Origin: Eledone cirrhosa
Taxonomy: Eukaryota
Reading direction: 5' to 3'
Length of the DNA: 64,000 nt
NCBI GenBank assembly: GCA_964016885.1
Contig: OZ024742.1
Span: 62,062,001-62,126,000, forward strand
The position numbers and the translations under genes are program-made. Under the pieces are notes generated by a model. It saw nothing but the letters and a program-made list of their open reading frames with translations. It was not told the origin of the DNA and searched no databases. Positions 39,600-52,879 of this stretch are shown in pieces (positions within the stretch are counted from its first letter, which is position 1; each line of letters starts with the position of its first letter).

Positions 39600-40885
39600 A
39601 GGTACGTGGTTTGCCCTCTCAACATTACATTGATAATGCTCTTTGCAAAATGTGGGCAGTACTAGTTGGCACATTATTTTGAATTTCTTTTATACAAGGT
39701 TTACCTGGCATGTGATTCAATAGTTTATCGGTGCTCTTGTTTATCAGGCCCAGTGCTCCAACTCCAACTGGAATAATGGTGGCCTTCACACCCCTCATTT
39801 CTTCAATCTTTATTTCAAGATCCTTGTACTTTGACGTCTTTTCAAATATCTTGAAAGACACATTGCAATCAGCAGGTAGTGACATGTCTATCATGAAGCA
39901 CATTTTATTTTTATCTTTTATTATAATATCTGGTTTGTTTGCTTTGATTGTCCTGTCAGTGTGTATTGTAAAATATCACAGTATTATTACATTACCAATT
40001 TCAGTTACCAGGTCTGGGTGATTTTGATACCAGTAGGACTTACATATTTTCCAGTGGATGTACTGCCCCGCTCTGTTATGTCTGATTTTGTATTCATATA
40101 GTGCTAAGGTGATACATGCAGATATTAGGTGATCCACTGTTTCAGTATTTCTGTTGCAGAACCAGCATTTTGGGTCATGTTTTCCCAATATGTTTGCCTG
40201 ATAATTTTTTTCTGGCAAGGCATTGGTATTGTGCAGCCAGTATGAAAACTTCTGTTTTGGCTTTCAGTCCTAAACTGTGCAGACACTGATGGGTTTGGGT
40301 TACGTCAGCTTACCTGATTTGAGTCAAGTACTGGCCATGTAATGCCTTATCTTGCCATTTTTTCTTCAACTGCTCAAGAGTTGCTTCCTTTGCTTTTGTT
40401 TTTGTAGCCTTTGATGACACTGCTGGTGGAAGAGGAATTTCTTGTGTCACATCTGTGCTTAGATTTATTTCACACATTTATTTGGTACTTTCTTTTATCA
40501 CAGAGTGAAACCTTTTGCTGGCTTCATGCTGTTTTACTGCCTGCATCATTCAATCATTAGTTGCCTCAAGATATTGTTGCAGGACAATTGTTGTTGTCTT
40601 GTAGAACAGCTCCAATTGGATTAGACCTCTGCCTCCTTAGATCTGAGCAGGTAGAGTTGCCCAATGTTTGCTTTAGGCTGGTGCATACGGTGACATGTGA
40701 AGTGCTTACGGGTCTTATCCATTCTTTTGATATCTTGTACTGTCCATTTAACTATCTTAAAGCTGTATTGAACAACAGGTACTGCTAAGCTGTTTATTTT
40801 TATATTCTATTTGAATTGAGCTCTGTGTTTAAGATAAGTCGCACTCATCTATAATAGTCTTTTCTGACTTCCCTTCATTTGGGTG
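39600..40885 (-). mobile_element. R4/Dong-type non-LTR retrotransposon remnant (CCHC + RLE)
   Basis: CWFCNRNTETVDHLISAC..RHN..IHWKIC, ANKPDIII, IDMSLPAD, KYKDL and IIPVGVGALG. Confidence 0.8.
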
Positions 40886-41409
40886 TGACTAACCCCCCCA
40901 AACATGCTTAACGGCATAGAGTTATGGCCCTTTTTCTTCTGAGTTCAAATCCTGTCGTGGTTAGCTTTGTCTTTCATCCTTACGGTGTCGATAGAATAAA
41001 GTACGAGTAATGCACTGGAGTCGATTTAATCAACTTCCCCTTTCCCCCAAAATTGTTGGCCTTGTGCATAAAGTAGAAACAATTATTATTAACATTTAAT
41101 GTCCTGTAGCACATGAACCCTCATTAGCAAGACATTTTTGAAAAGTACGAAAGAGCACTAAGCTGCGTCACATTGAAAGTACAAAAGAGCACTATGACTG
41201 CATCACATTGAAAATTATTGAAGAAAGCTGTAAGCCATTCTATTTGATGCTCTTCTGATTTAACCAAATTGTTATGAGTCACTCACTAAATATAGAGTAA
41301 CCTAAGAATACAAAGTTGTAAAAGGCAGAGGGGCAGGACAATCAAGAAAAAAAAACATAAAACTTCAAATATCCAATATTTTAAACTTTTTCCTCTTTTT
41401 TTCCTCCAG

Positions 41410-41532
41410 GGGAAAGATCTCGACAGAATCTTGAAGACTTTGGAACACTGGGCTCACCGACTTTTCCCAAAGATGAAGTTTTCTGCTTGTCTTGAACGTA
41501 TTGAGAAGCTTGCTGCCAAGCGAAGTGTCCAA
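41410..41532 (+). CDS. TIPIN: TIPIN coding exon 4
   Basis: Polypyrimidine tract plus cag, donor CAA|gttagt. Encodes GKDLDRILKTLEHWAHRLFPKMKFSACLERIEKLAAKRSVQ, which contains the hallmark EHWAHRLFPK of Swi3/Csm3/TIPIN. Confidence 0.95.
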
Positions 41533-43162
41533 GTTAGTGTATTTCATTCAAACTTTTGTTATTCGTATTTCGTATTTTGTGTTTGGGGTTCATTTTTCAT
41601 ATTTGTTGTATGGATATTATTTCACAATACGGATTTCTTTAGATATAACATTTTAACACACATATCCAGTCTACTCTGTAAGGTGGTCATGCTGGTGATA
41701 CAACAAAAAGCACCCAGTCCACCCTGTAATGGTGTTTGTGACTTGTCAAAAATCATTTAGTCCATCCTGTAAGGTGCTCATTTTGGAACCACGATAAAAA
41801 TCACCCATTCCACTTTGTAATAGTGGTTGTGCATGTGACACAATAAAAAAGTACCCATTCCATGCTGTGATGTTGGCTTTAGGAAGGGCATCCAGCTGTA
41901 GGAACTAAGCCAGAAAACTCTGTATGAGCAACTATGGTCACCTAAACTGACTTTTCTCCTAACATGACAACCCATCTAACTTATGATGATGATGCACATA
42001 GACTTCATGTTTGTTGATCCTATCGCAGAATATCAATCTCCTTAGATATAACATTTTAGCACACATAACTGCAGGCATACGCACCCACACACATACATAA
42101 TCACCATTATTTTATGTCTACTTTTTCTTGTTGGTATAGGATGGACGGATCATTATAAACCAAATCAGAACTTCATTAGAGTTACTGTTCTAGACTTGCC
42201 AGGGAACATGTCTCACTTATGTTCTAGTTTTGGCATGGTTTCTACAGCTGGATGCCATCCTAATGCCAACATCTTTGTAAAGTCTCCTTACATATTTCTT
42301 ACTCTATTTCTTGCCTACCCTTTACTATTCACAACTCCTGTACATCTCCCACATAAAAAGTTTACCCTCCCGTCAATCTACCTGTGATCCCACAACATTG
42401 GGCATATTGTATGGAATTCCTACCTACACTATTTCTAAATATTAAGCACAGCCATTTCCCTGATGGTACCTACTTACTGAAACTTTAGTCTTTCCTAGGT
42501 TTACTTTGAGGACCTTTGACTCCAGATTTTGCTTCATTTAAAACACTAAATCCATAGCCTACATGCACACCATGGTGTCCATCCTACTGTTGCCCCAGAT
42601 GTCCATTGAAGTCACTAGCCATGATAATGAGGTCATAGTCATTCATCATTGAGGTAGTCTACAAGAGGACCTCAAGAAGTGATCCTTCCATTCATCTGCA
42701 ACACTAGCTTGCGATGCTAATGTGTAGAAGTTCAAGACTAGTGTAAGCTTAATTCTCCTGTTATATAGCATAACGTGTGTGTCTGTTTCCATGTGTTTTC
42801 ATTTTTAAAGCAGGTAATGGCATTTGATATCTTGCAGTGTAGCAGTTTGATGAACATCAATGGTATATATCATACTTTAAATAAAGTATAAGCTGGTGTT
42901 AGGAAAGGCATCCAGCCATAGAAAAACTTTTGAAAAGTCCTGTCCAACCCATGCAAACATGAAAATCAGATGTAAAAAGGATTATGATATATATGTATGT
43001 ATGTGTACCACTTGTCATAGACTAGTTAATACTGGTTTCGAGTATGATGTCTCCTTACCAACAACTGACATATAGTTGCCTATCATTGTCTCTTTTCCAT
43101 CCTTCTTTCTGTTTTTTTTGCATTCATTTTCTGTTTCTCTCATGTCCATTACATGTTTTCAG

Positions 43163-43255
43163 TCCTGTATTAAACGAATCCGACTTGACATGCCTGTCCT
43201 AGATGATGACTTTGCTCCGGCCCAACTCGATGATGAAGATGATAATCCAAACAAG
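43163..43255 (+). CDS. TIPIN: TIPIN coding exon 5
   Basis: Acceptor ttttcag, donor AAG|gtaag. Encodes SCIKRIRLDMPVLDDDFAPAQLDDEDDNPNK, matching TIPIN CLKRIRLDLP. Confidence 0.92.
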
Positions 43256-43488
43256 GTAAGTGTTTGTGTATGTATATTAAAATTATAGTGATATTACTTG
43301 GTGTGTGAGTGTGTGTGTATGTATGTGTATATATATACTTGGTATATTTTTTGTTAGTTAATCAACTGACACTAGTGTGCGCAGGACAGAGCACTCGACG
43401 AGGTATATATGTGTGCATTCTGGAGTATTGGTATAATGAAGTAGAAGTTAGTAGGTTAGAATTTACCTCATTTATTTGTTACACAATC

Positions 43489-43547
43489 ACTGTTATATGT
43501 ATTTCAATGGTAACTGTTATGTAACAGTTATGACCTCATCAGACAAC
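43489..43547 (-). ncRNA. Minimal type I hammerhead ribozyme-like motif
   Basis: Minus strand reads gttgt CTGATGA ggtca-taactgtt-acat-aacagtta-ccatt GAAA tacata TA acagt. Confidence 0.6.
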
Positions 43548-44063
43548 TATTACATGAACAAAAAGTTAGAACAAAAATAAAGATAAAAATTACTCATACT
43601 GTTTCCATTCAGTGATATCCCACTGATTGCTGACATATGAATTAGTGCAAACAACCTTGCAGCATCATCATAAAGGGCCTAAATAACACCTAGCTGTTGG
43701 TTGAAGATAGTCCTAACCCTACATCCTCCTAACCATCCTGAATGACTTAATGGTGACAAGGTCTGAAATCGTCCACATACTCAAGTATCAGGTCAGTTGT
43801 AAATTCTTTAGTAGTAGGGGGGTTACATGACAGCGAACCTTTGATTATGGCAGTGGGGGAAATGGAGTTAACTATCCTCTCAACAACAACAGTGGTCGAA
43901 ACCACAACACCAAAATCTCAGTTAAATAGGAGGATTTAGGGATCCGTATCAATGGGTGTCTTTTGTTCATGTAATAGCTGTCTTATGAGGTCATAACTGT
44001 TACATAACAGTTTCCATTGAAATACGTATAACAGTGATTGTGGACATGGCTTAGTGGTTAGAA

Positions 44064-44445
44064 TGGAGGCACATGGCTTAGTGGTTAGAGCATTGACCTT
44101 ACAATCGAAAGGTGAGTTCAATTCTCAGACCGGGTGATGTGTTGTTTCCTTGAGCAAGACACTTTATTTCATATTGCTCCAGTTTACTCAGCTGTAGAAA
44201 TGAGATGATAGGACTGGAGTCCCTATCATTCCACTGCAAAGTGGTCGTGGAGGTGCCACGGCAAAAAAAGCACCCAGCTCACACTGTAAAGTGGACGTGT
44301 AGGCGCCACGGAAAAAAAGCACCCAGCACTCACTGTAAATGAGGTTGGTGTTAGGAAGGGCATCCAGCTGTCGAAATCAAGCCAGAATCAGTTCTGTCCT
44401 ACCCTTGCAAGCAGGGAAAAGAGGACGTAAAATGATGATGATGAT
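44064..44445 (+). mobile_element. Near full-length SINE family A
   Basis: ggaggcacatggcttagtggttagagc head with a duplicated A-box piece upstream, B box, centre, RTE-like tail and (GAT)n. Confidence 0.88.
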
Positions 44446-44675
44446 GTGTAACAAAAAATTCTAACCTACTGACTTATACTTCATTGTTATCATCATCATC
44501 ACTGTTTAACGTCCATTTTTCCATGTTAGCATGGGTTAGGCGAGTTGTCTTGTGAGAAATGCCAGGTTAGGTGACCATGTCTTGGTTATACAGAAATGAT
44601 TTTGGCTTTGTTTCTACAGCTGGATGCCCTTCCTAACTGTAACCACATTTACAGTGTGGGCTAGGTGCCTTTTGT

Positions 44676-44721
<46 letters not shown>

Positions 44722-45024
44722 CATGTGACTTAGTGGTTAGAACATTGGATTCACAATCATTAGTTTGGGAGATCAATTCCTGGATCAGGTGGGGAATTGT
44801 ATCCTTGAGCAAGACACTTTATTTTATATTGCCGCTGTCCACTCAGTTGGTGCCAAACTGAAATCGACTTTTACTTTTAATTTGGATTACATCGGTGGAA
44901 TGGAGATTGGAGACTGGTGTGCAAGGGTGACTGCTGGTCATCTACAAAAGCACCTTGCCTGGGTTTGTGCCCATGGCTATGTTATTGAAATAGATCTTAA
45001 GACCGTTGGTCACTGACAAAAAGA

Positions 45025-45150
<126 letters not shown>

Positions 45151-45460
45151 TACATACACACACAAACCTGCATTATTTATTGACCTCGAAAGGAAGAAAG
45201 GCAAAGTCAAATTCAACAGGATTTGATTTTAGAGCTCATATAGCCAGACCAAATCCCACAAAACATTCTATCTGATGTTCTGTGTGTTTGTGTCTGTTTA
45301 TGTCCCATAATTTTTGTGATTTGACAAGTACCAGAATTGAAACAGTAATTACAATATGATCAACAAAAAACATACCTGCATGGCTGCAGGCTAATGACTG
45401 AAACCTGTAAAAGAATAAAATAATAATTTCTTTTTTTTTCTATTCTATTTATTATTTCAG

Positions 45461-45646
45461 ATGCAAGTGGATGAAGTAACTGCTGCTGAAGCTGCATGGG
45501 ATGATATGATGCGCACTCCAAACAATAATAATAATAATACTAGTAGTGTGTCCAGTACATCATACCTCACATCTCCAGCTTTGGTTTTCAACACATCAAT
45601 AGCCTCTACTCCACCCATTACCAACCACTCACCATCACAAGTTACT
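45461..45646 (+). CDS. TIPIN: TIPIN coding exon 6 (S/T/N-rich linker)
   Basis: Strong acceptor tttcag and donor ACT|gtaagt, 186 nt, phase 0-0. Open frame MQVDEVTAAEAAWDDMMRTPNNNNN...SPSQVT. Confidence 0.75.
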
Positions 45647-48014
45647 GTAAGTTTCTTTGTTTTAATTTAATATTATAATTAAATTTTTCATTATTTATCT
45701 GGCATTTGGAGTATAATTTAACAAAGGTTCTTACATAAAATTATGGCGGAAGATGTTTTTAGGTGGATATAAACACTTTAAAATAAACAGTTGTATTGTA
45801 GAACCAGGGGTAGTTTCTGGAATTTTGGTAACAAAAGGGATAAGCTGGTGTTTGGAGCATAACTTAATGAAGGTCCTTACATAAAATTATGATGAAAGGT
45901 TTTTAGATAAATATAAACAGTTTGAAACAAGCATTTTTTTTTTATCATAGGATCAGGGGTTTGCTAACAAAAGTGTTTCAGCTGGTGTTTGGAGCATAAC
46001 TGAACAAAGGCTCTTACATAACATTTTGTGGTTAAAGATGCCAAAGGTTCAGTGAAGGTATCCAAAGTTAAGACATGGGAAGTCTCTGGGGAAACTGATC
46101 ATCAAATAAATTATTCTGGTAGACCATTGCTGACTTTGTAACAGAAATTCCAGTTCCACGACTACTATTAGGAACGTGTCTGGGGTTCTCCTCTCTTCAA
46201 AGAGGTGCATCCTGATGAAATGGAGAAAATTCTTTGCTAATATCCTAAATCCAGACAACATCTGATGTACATGAGGTGCATTTAGGAGCTATGACTAACC
46301 TCTCAGAAGCTGAGGTCATAAGGGAAATTAAAGAGCTGAAATGTGGCAAAGTCTCTGGGGAGGGTGAAACTTGGCCCAAGATGTTAAAAGCTTTAACTAG
46401 AGAGGGTATTCTCTGGCTGATCCATGTGTGCCAGGTGGCAATCTATACTGATAATCCCAATTTTCAAAAAGCAAGACGAGAGCTTCCCCAGTAAAGTCTA
46501 TGCAAAGTGTTTGGTAAAGAAATGTAAGGATATTGTCAAGTTCAAACAAGCTGACGAACATTGTCGTTTTCGCCCTTCACGTGTGCTGTTTGTATCTTTT
46601 GATGGTAACAAAGCAGTTCTTTTTAGACATAGTACTGCTTTCCCTATACTAGTAAGGGGCAGTAAAAAGAGCCCTAAACAAATGCTTGTTAAGTCTTTTA
46701 ATTTGGCAGTCAACTGTAGCTGGTTATCCAAATATGCAGTTGAAACAAAACAAAGCATTTAACATTTGGTTCTTGTAATGTTAGAACACTCCGGGATAGC
46801 TGTTCAAATCTGGAAATGAGTACCATCTATAGCTGGGGATTTAATCCTGAAATGGACTGGCGTCCTGTCCAGAGGGGAGTCTTGTACTCTCAGTCGCTTC
46901 ACACCATGAAACCAGGATAAGCACTGGCTCAATGCACTGCTTGCAGCACATGAAGGCATGCAGGCACATCAGGTAGGCTATTCAACTATCAGCATTTTAA
47001 GGTTAAATACAACACATGAACAAGTGCTGATGCATTTGTTGCAACATCCCTTGAAGAGGCACACGAATTGATGAACCCCTTCTTGCTTGCCTGTAAGGTG
47101 TTTGATTTAACAATTAGCATTATAAAGACTGAGGTGGTACATCAACCAAAGCCACCACATCCAGACGACAATATATATATGATGGATGATGATCGCTGGG
47201 TGAAGAAGTGCCAAGTAATTCCAGTGGAAGAAGGCCTTGGTAGAGGAAGACCAAGGATGGAAGTTGTGAGAGCTGATCTCATACTGCTAAAGCTTATAGA
47301 GGAGATGATAAAAGGTACGCTACAAGTGGAGAAATGCTGTACTGAGAAGGACCTGCCCAACCCATACAAACATGGAATAAGAAATGTAAAATGAGGATGA
47401 TGATATGTAAAGGGCAGCGAATTGACAGAGTTGTTAGAACGTTGGGTAGAATGCTTTGCAGTATTCCTTCTGGCTCTCTGCTCTCATGAGTTCAAATCCC
47501 GCTGCAGTCAACTTTTGTCTTTCATCATTTCAAGGTCGACAAAAAATGTACCAGTATAGTACTGGAGGGTGGGGTGGGGTGGGATTTTTTCTCTATATCT
47601 TTTTCTCATTTCCTCTTTTTCACACCCTTACCTTCAGCGGAAGAAATTGGCTATATTTAAAGCTGGAGAGGGAATGGGCTTTGCTATGTTTAAAGTACCC
47701 AAGAAACTCTGTTTGTCACTACAGCGCCTCTACAAGTCCATCAGGAGTTATAAGTCTAAATGAATGAATGATACTTAATATGTATAATGATGCATGAAAA
47801 AGTTAAAAGAAAATGTATTAGTTATGTAATAATGCATATAAAATAACACCCTCTCTTGGTTATATAGATCTTAAAGTTGCATCCATTATTGACTTACAAC
47901 TAATTGGTTGGAATGAAACTTAGTAATAAGTCAAGGAGTACATGTATATTTGTTTGGTTATTTTTAATGAGATAATTAATAGTGTTGATTATACATTTAT
48001 TTTAACTATTTCAG

Positions 48015-48744
48015 GTTCTTTCTGCTGAACTTAAGGAAAAGATTGCCAGGAATCGACAACTTGCTTTGGAAAGAAGGGCTGCTAGACTAGCTGCTAGTCA
48101 AAGTACTCCACAGAACAAGGAGAGTATAGCTGACAATCAGGATACTCCTAAGAACAAGGAGAGTATAGTTGACAATCAGGATACTCCTCAGAACAAGGAG
48201 AGTATAGCTGACAATCAGGATACTCCTCAGAACAAGGAGAGTATAGCTGACAGTCAAGATGCTCCACAGAACACAGAGAGTATAGCTAACAATCAGGATA
48301 CTCCTAAGAACAAGGAGAGTATAGTTGACAATCAGGATACTCCTCAGAACAAGGAGAGTATAGCTGACAATCAGGATACTCCTCAGAACAAGGAGTGTAT
48401 AGCTGACAATCAGGATACTCCTCAGAACAAGGAGAGTATAGCTGACAATCAGGATACTTCTCAGAACAAAAAGAGTATAGCTGACAGTCAGGACACTCCC
48501 CAGAACAATGACAGTATAGCTGACAGTCAGGATACTCCACAGAACAAAAAGAGTATAGCTGACAGTCAGGACACTCCCCAGAACAAGGACAGTATAGCTG
48601 ACAGTCAGGACACTCCCCAGAACAAGGACAGTATAGCTGACAGTCAGGATACTCCTCAGAACAAGAAGGGTAGATTCTCCAGCCCAGATACTCCACAGAA
48701 TATGGACAATATAGCTGCAGACCAGAATACCCCCCACAAAAGTG
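48015..48744 (+). CDS. TIPIN: TIPIN coding exon 7 (RPA32-binding motif + 13-aa tandem array)
   Basis: Acceptor tttcag. VLSAELKEKIARNRQLALERRAARL matches the TIPIN/XPA/UNG2/SMARCAL1-type RPA32C-binding helix. Donor G|gtaatt is phase 1. Confidence 0.85.
48105..48728 (+). repeat. Coding minisatellite, 16 x 39 bp (TPQNKESIADNQD)
   Basis: Directly visible tandem units actcctcagaacaaggagagtatagctgacaatcaggat, in frame within TIPIN exon 7. Confidence 0.95.
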
Positions 48745-49256
48745 GTAATTACTTTTTAAACTCTCTTTTTAAGTGCTGGGTTTAGGTTATAGTCGCAGTT
48801 GTTGTATAACCCCATGTCAGGTCAAAAAGCATGTCTGGTCATTAATGAGGTGGTCAAGGGTTCTAAATAAGGTTAATTGTCATTGGATAAAATGTGAGGC
48901 TTATTCTTGGTCAGTTTGCATCATGTGGTGGAATCAGTATCTCAGCAACTGGTGACAGCTGCTGGATAGGAAACAACTCTGGCCTAGTGTGTGCTAATGG
49001 TCTCCTTTGTTTGCAGTGAAATTTTAAATGTTAGTTAAGTTTATGGAATTGTATTAAAAGCTAAGAGCACGAAATTAGCTAATAGAGAGAGCCCTGTTGG
49101 TGGCAGCAAAATGAAAGTTCAGTTTTAAGAGATACCACAAGCTATTGCATTATGTGCAGTTTCTTTTGTTTTAGCAGTGACAGAGAAGCAATCAACAATA
49201 ATAGCGTAATGAAGCTGTTTGTTTGCAAAGAATTGAATATTATTATTTGATATAAA

Positions 49257-49447
49257 AGGGCGGTGGATTGGCAGTATCGGTAGAGGGTTGGACGCCGTGC
49301 TTTCCAGCATAGTTACGTCCCTTTACGATCTGAGTTCAAATCCCGCCGAGGTTGACTTTGCCTTTCATCCTTACGGGGTCGATAAAATAAAGTACCAGTA
49401 ATGCACTGGGTATTTTCTGGCCTTGTGCCTAAAGTAGAAACAATTAT
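49257..49447 (+). mobile_element. SINE family B
   Basis: Same head and central box as the 37-38 kb cluster. Further copies lie near 40905-41090, 47410-47560, 57590-57705 (-) and 58110-58350. Confidence 0.8.
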
Positions 49448-49949
49448 TTGATATAAAACTCATGAATGCATTTACGTACCTGCTATGTTAGAGCAAAAAA
49501 CGAAATTCTAATTTTTTATTTTTTTTTTATTTTCGGCAAATTAGGCTAATCAGCCAATGTATACTTTAGAGAATACTTATATATTCTCAAGAGTTATAGT
49601 GAGTGACAGGAGAGAGATACACAATCTTGATAAAAGGTGATAACTCAGGAACAATATTGTTGATTGTTTGTCTCTGTCACTGCTAGAACAAAAGGCTGGT
49701 GGTGGTCATCTAAAAAACATAGTATAATAAAGCTGTTTACTTGCAAACAAATCGAATATTCTTATTATTCAATATAAAACTCACAAATGCGTCTGCTATG
49801 TTAGAGTGAAATACGAAATTTTAATTTTGTTTTTTAATCATATATAACCACAAGGGCCACAAGGGAAAATTGAGTTAAGGGGGCAATGGCTGGGAGAGGG
49901 CAGACATGAGGGTGTATGTAGTGAGGGTGGTGTAGTGATGTTGAGAATA

Positions 49950-51900
49950 GTTTTTTAGTGAGTGCTAGTGGAAGTGTGGAGCACAAAGATAGGTCAGGCC
50001 ACATATATGCTATAGATTGAGTCTTCTTCAGCACAGCATAGTGCCATCCCTTGCAGTCCTTTGTCATTTCTATTGTGAGGTTTAGTTAAGGTTGGTCTTC
50101 ACAACATCATCTTATGTCTTCCTGGATCTGCCTCTCCCATGGGTCCCAGACACTGGAGTTTCTCAGCATTTCTTTATACAGCTGTTATCTTCCATGCACA
50201 TCACATGTCCAAACCAATGCAGTCATCTCTCTTGCACACTACATCCAATTCCCCTTATGCCAAGTTTTTCCCTCAGTTTGCTTATCCTATGTTGCTCATG
50301 CACACTAACACTCGTTTCTTTCTAACCTCTGCAGAAAGAAAAGCATTTTGTTGTCAGCAGCAGTAATAGATCTCTAAATTTATTCCAGCTTGTTTTTATC
50401 CTAGCTATCACACTTTCAGTGCATCCTCCCCCACTGCTAATTTCATTGCCTAGGTAGCGAAAGCTGTCAACAACTTCTAGAGAGTCTCCCTGATAACTGA
50501 AGGAACCTATTTCATGTGTGCTCTTTGTGCTCAATTCTACCATGTATCTGGTGCATATAAAGTCTATCTTTTCCGTTAGCCTACTTGCAACCCCATTACA
50601 TCTTGTGCATCCATAAATTACATTGTGTGCATTTATGGGATTTCTGCCCATCCCTCTCTGGCATTTAGAATAAGGCCACTTTTCTGATGGTATCACTTTC
50701 CTGTCTTCTTTCTTACTTATGACTTTTATCTTTGTTCAATTTACTTTTAGGCCTTTCAAGTTCTTCTAAGCTTGAAATTTTGTCTAACTCTCCTACAGAT
50801 TCAGCTATAAGGACTAGATCATCAGCATATGGAAGCTCCCATGGAGTGCCAATTTTAAACTCCTCAGTGATAACCTGAAGGACATTGATTAACAGGAGTG
50901 AACTGAGGACTGATCCATGGTGTACTCACATCTGCACTTCAAATTCATCTCTGTACTCATTGTTAACTCTCACTCTGCTGGTTGCAGCCTTCAAAAGCCA
51001 TTCATCTACACCTAGTTTCCTAAGTGCCCACCAGATTATGGAGCATGGGACCTTGTCAAAGGCCTCCAGATCTACAAATGTTAGATACAATGGCTTACTC
51101 TTATCTAAGTACCTCTCCTGTAATTGTCTCACCAGAAAAAGAGCATCAATAGTACTCCTATATGGCATAAATCCAAAATGTATCTCATTAATGTATCTAA
51201 TTAGTTGTACTAGAACCCTTTCTGCAACTTTAATGATCAGATCCATCAACTTGATGCCCCTGTACTTACTTCTCTCTAGTGCATCCTCTTTGCCCTTGTT
51301 GCATTTTACAATGATACTGCTGCACAATTCGTTGGGTATGACACCTTCCTGTACTGCTTGATTAACTATACGTCTGACTAGCTCATATCCTACCATACGA
51401 GATGCTTCTCAGCGACTATACCAGATGGTCCAGCTGCTTTCCCTATCTTAATGCCCTTAATTGCTTTATCTATCTGTCAACTTCCGTGGCTAGCCCTACA
51501 GTAGAGTCTGCATGGGGTAAGCCCTCACTCCAATTTTTTTCCTCATTCAGCAGCCGCTCACAGTATGCCTTCCATGCCTCCCCTCTGGGAAGAACTTGGT
51601 ATTTACAACCATTTGCTTGTTTACTGGCTAGGATGAAGTCTATTTGGCTTGTGTGTCCTCTTAAGTGGTAGGTAATCAGGTGGTTGGCTGGTTTCTTGAA
51701 GTTTGTGTTACAGATCATTAAGTTGAGAGAATTACAGAACTCCAGAAGTCTAGTTCCCTCCTCATTTCTTCTGCCATAACTGTACGTTCCATGCATGCCA
51801 GATAATCCATCATGTTTTCTAACATGTCTATTGAAGTCACTGGCTGCAATCATAAGACCACTGTCATCTGTTATTGAGGTAGTCTGTATGGGGGCCTCAT
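49950..51900 (-). mobile_element. Decayed RTE-clade LINE in TIPIN intron 7
   Basis: Minus-strand ORFs contain SDFNRH, RNEEGTRLLEFC, SQIDFIL, YRGIKL, FVDLEAFD and VDSFRYLG. Confidence 0.88.
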
Positions 51901-51989
51901 AAAAATGGTCCTTTTGTTCATCAGCAAGTTCAGCTTGTGGGGTGTATGCAAATATATATATTATATGATTTTTTTTTTTGTTTTTCTAG

Positions 51990-52429
51990 ATTCTTCTTTG
52001 TCTGATCTACCTGTGACCTCTGTCCATTCTTTGGTTAACTCAGACAGTGATGACCCTCAACAAGAGAAAGCCTTTTCAGGACAAGCAACCTTCCAAGAAG
52101 CTGAAGATGATGGTTTTCAAAAGAAAATTTGTGATTCTAATGATCCCAAAACATCACAACAACAAAAAGCTTGGCCAACTGAAATTTCCTGTAATGAAAC
52201 TGCTGAATGTTTTGTTGGTGGTAATTCCACAGTAATTGACAATGTTGGAACTGAGAATGTTTTTTCATCTAACACTGAGAACCAAGGGGTGTGCAAAAGC
52301 ATCACTTACTTGGAAGAGCCCAATCTCACAGAGAACCAAGGAGTGTGTCAGAGTGCGACTGATATGGATGAGCCAAGTGTTGCAGAACACCAACAGGCAT
52401 CCCAGGATGTGACAGACATGGAACAGTAA
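51990..52429 (+). CDS. TIPIN: TIPIN terminal coding exon 8 (acidic tail)
   Basis: Acceptor ttttctag; the phase-1 join gives DSSLSDLPVTSV...DVTDMEQ and TAA at 52427-52429. The summed exons are 1866 nt (621 aa + stop). Confidence 0.7.
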
Positions 52430-52879
52430 AATGTCACAGAAAACCAACAGGTATTGCTCCATTTTATCAAAGACATACAACTGTTCAATATCACCAAGAA
52501 CCAAGATGTCATATACCAGGATATGACAAATTTTGGCTGACAGTTTATGTAAGGACGTTAACTCAGATGAATGTGTCCAAACCAATGTTATGCTGGATGA
52601 GACCAAATATATTGCATGCAACTATAAAAGTGAAGTGCTGTTTTTTTTTGTTTTTTATTTCACCCAAACTATTCAAAATCTGTGTGGCATTAAATTATAA
52701 CTGCATGGCTTGGTTGTTCAGCCATTCAACATAGAGAAAACACTTTTACGAACTGATCCCATGTGTCTATGCCATCACCTTTAGATATGAAATCTGTGAT
52801 AAAATTCCTCAGCTGTGAAATGTTAAATAGGCAATCTTTAAATCAGGTTTTCATATATCTCCAGGCAAAAATGCTTGGA

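Larger units (their letters stand above)
43335..44488 (-). mobile_element. PLE-like element with inverted arms (~43432-43562 / ~43963-44488, right arm split by a SINE) in TIPIN intron 5
   Basis: Reverse-complement arms each contain a hammerhead fold. The tcgagtgct motif and a TA-rich end lie on the minus strand. Confidence 0.7.

Noticed and set aside
48105-48728. CRISPR-like regular array; Cys-rich antisense ORF (EEYPDCQLYSPCS)n
   Set aside because: There are no unique spacers, and the array is a coding minisatellite in TIPIN. The antisense ORFs are shadows of it.
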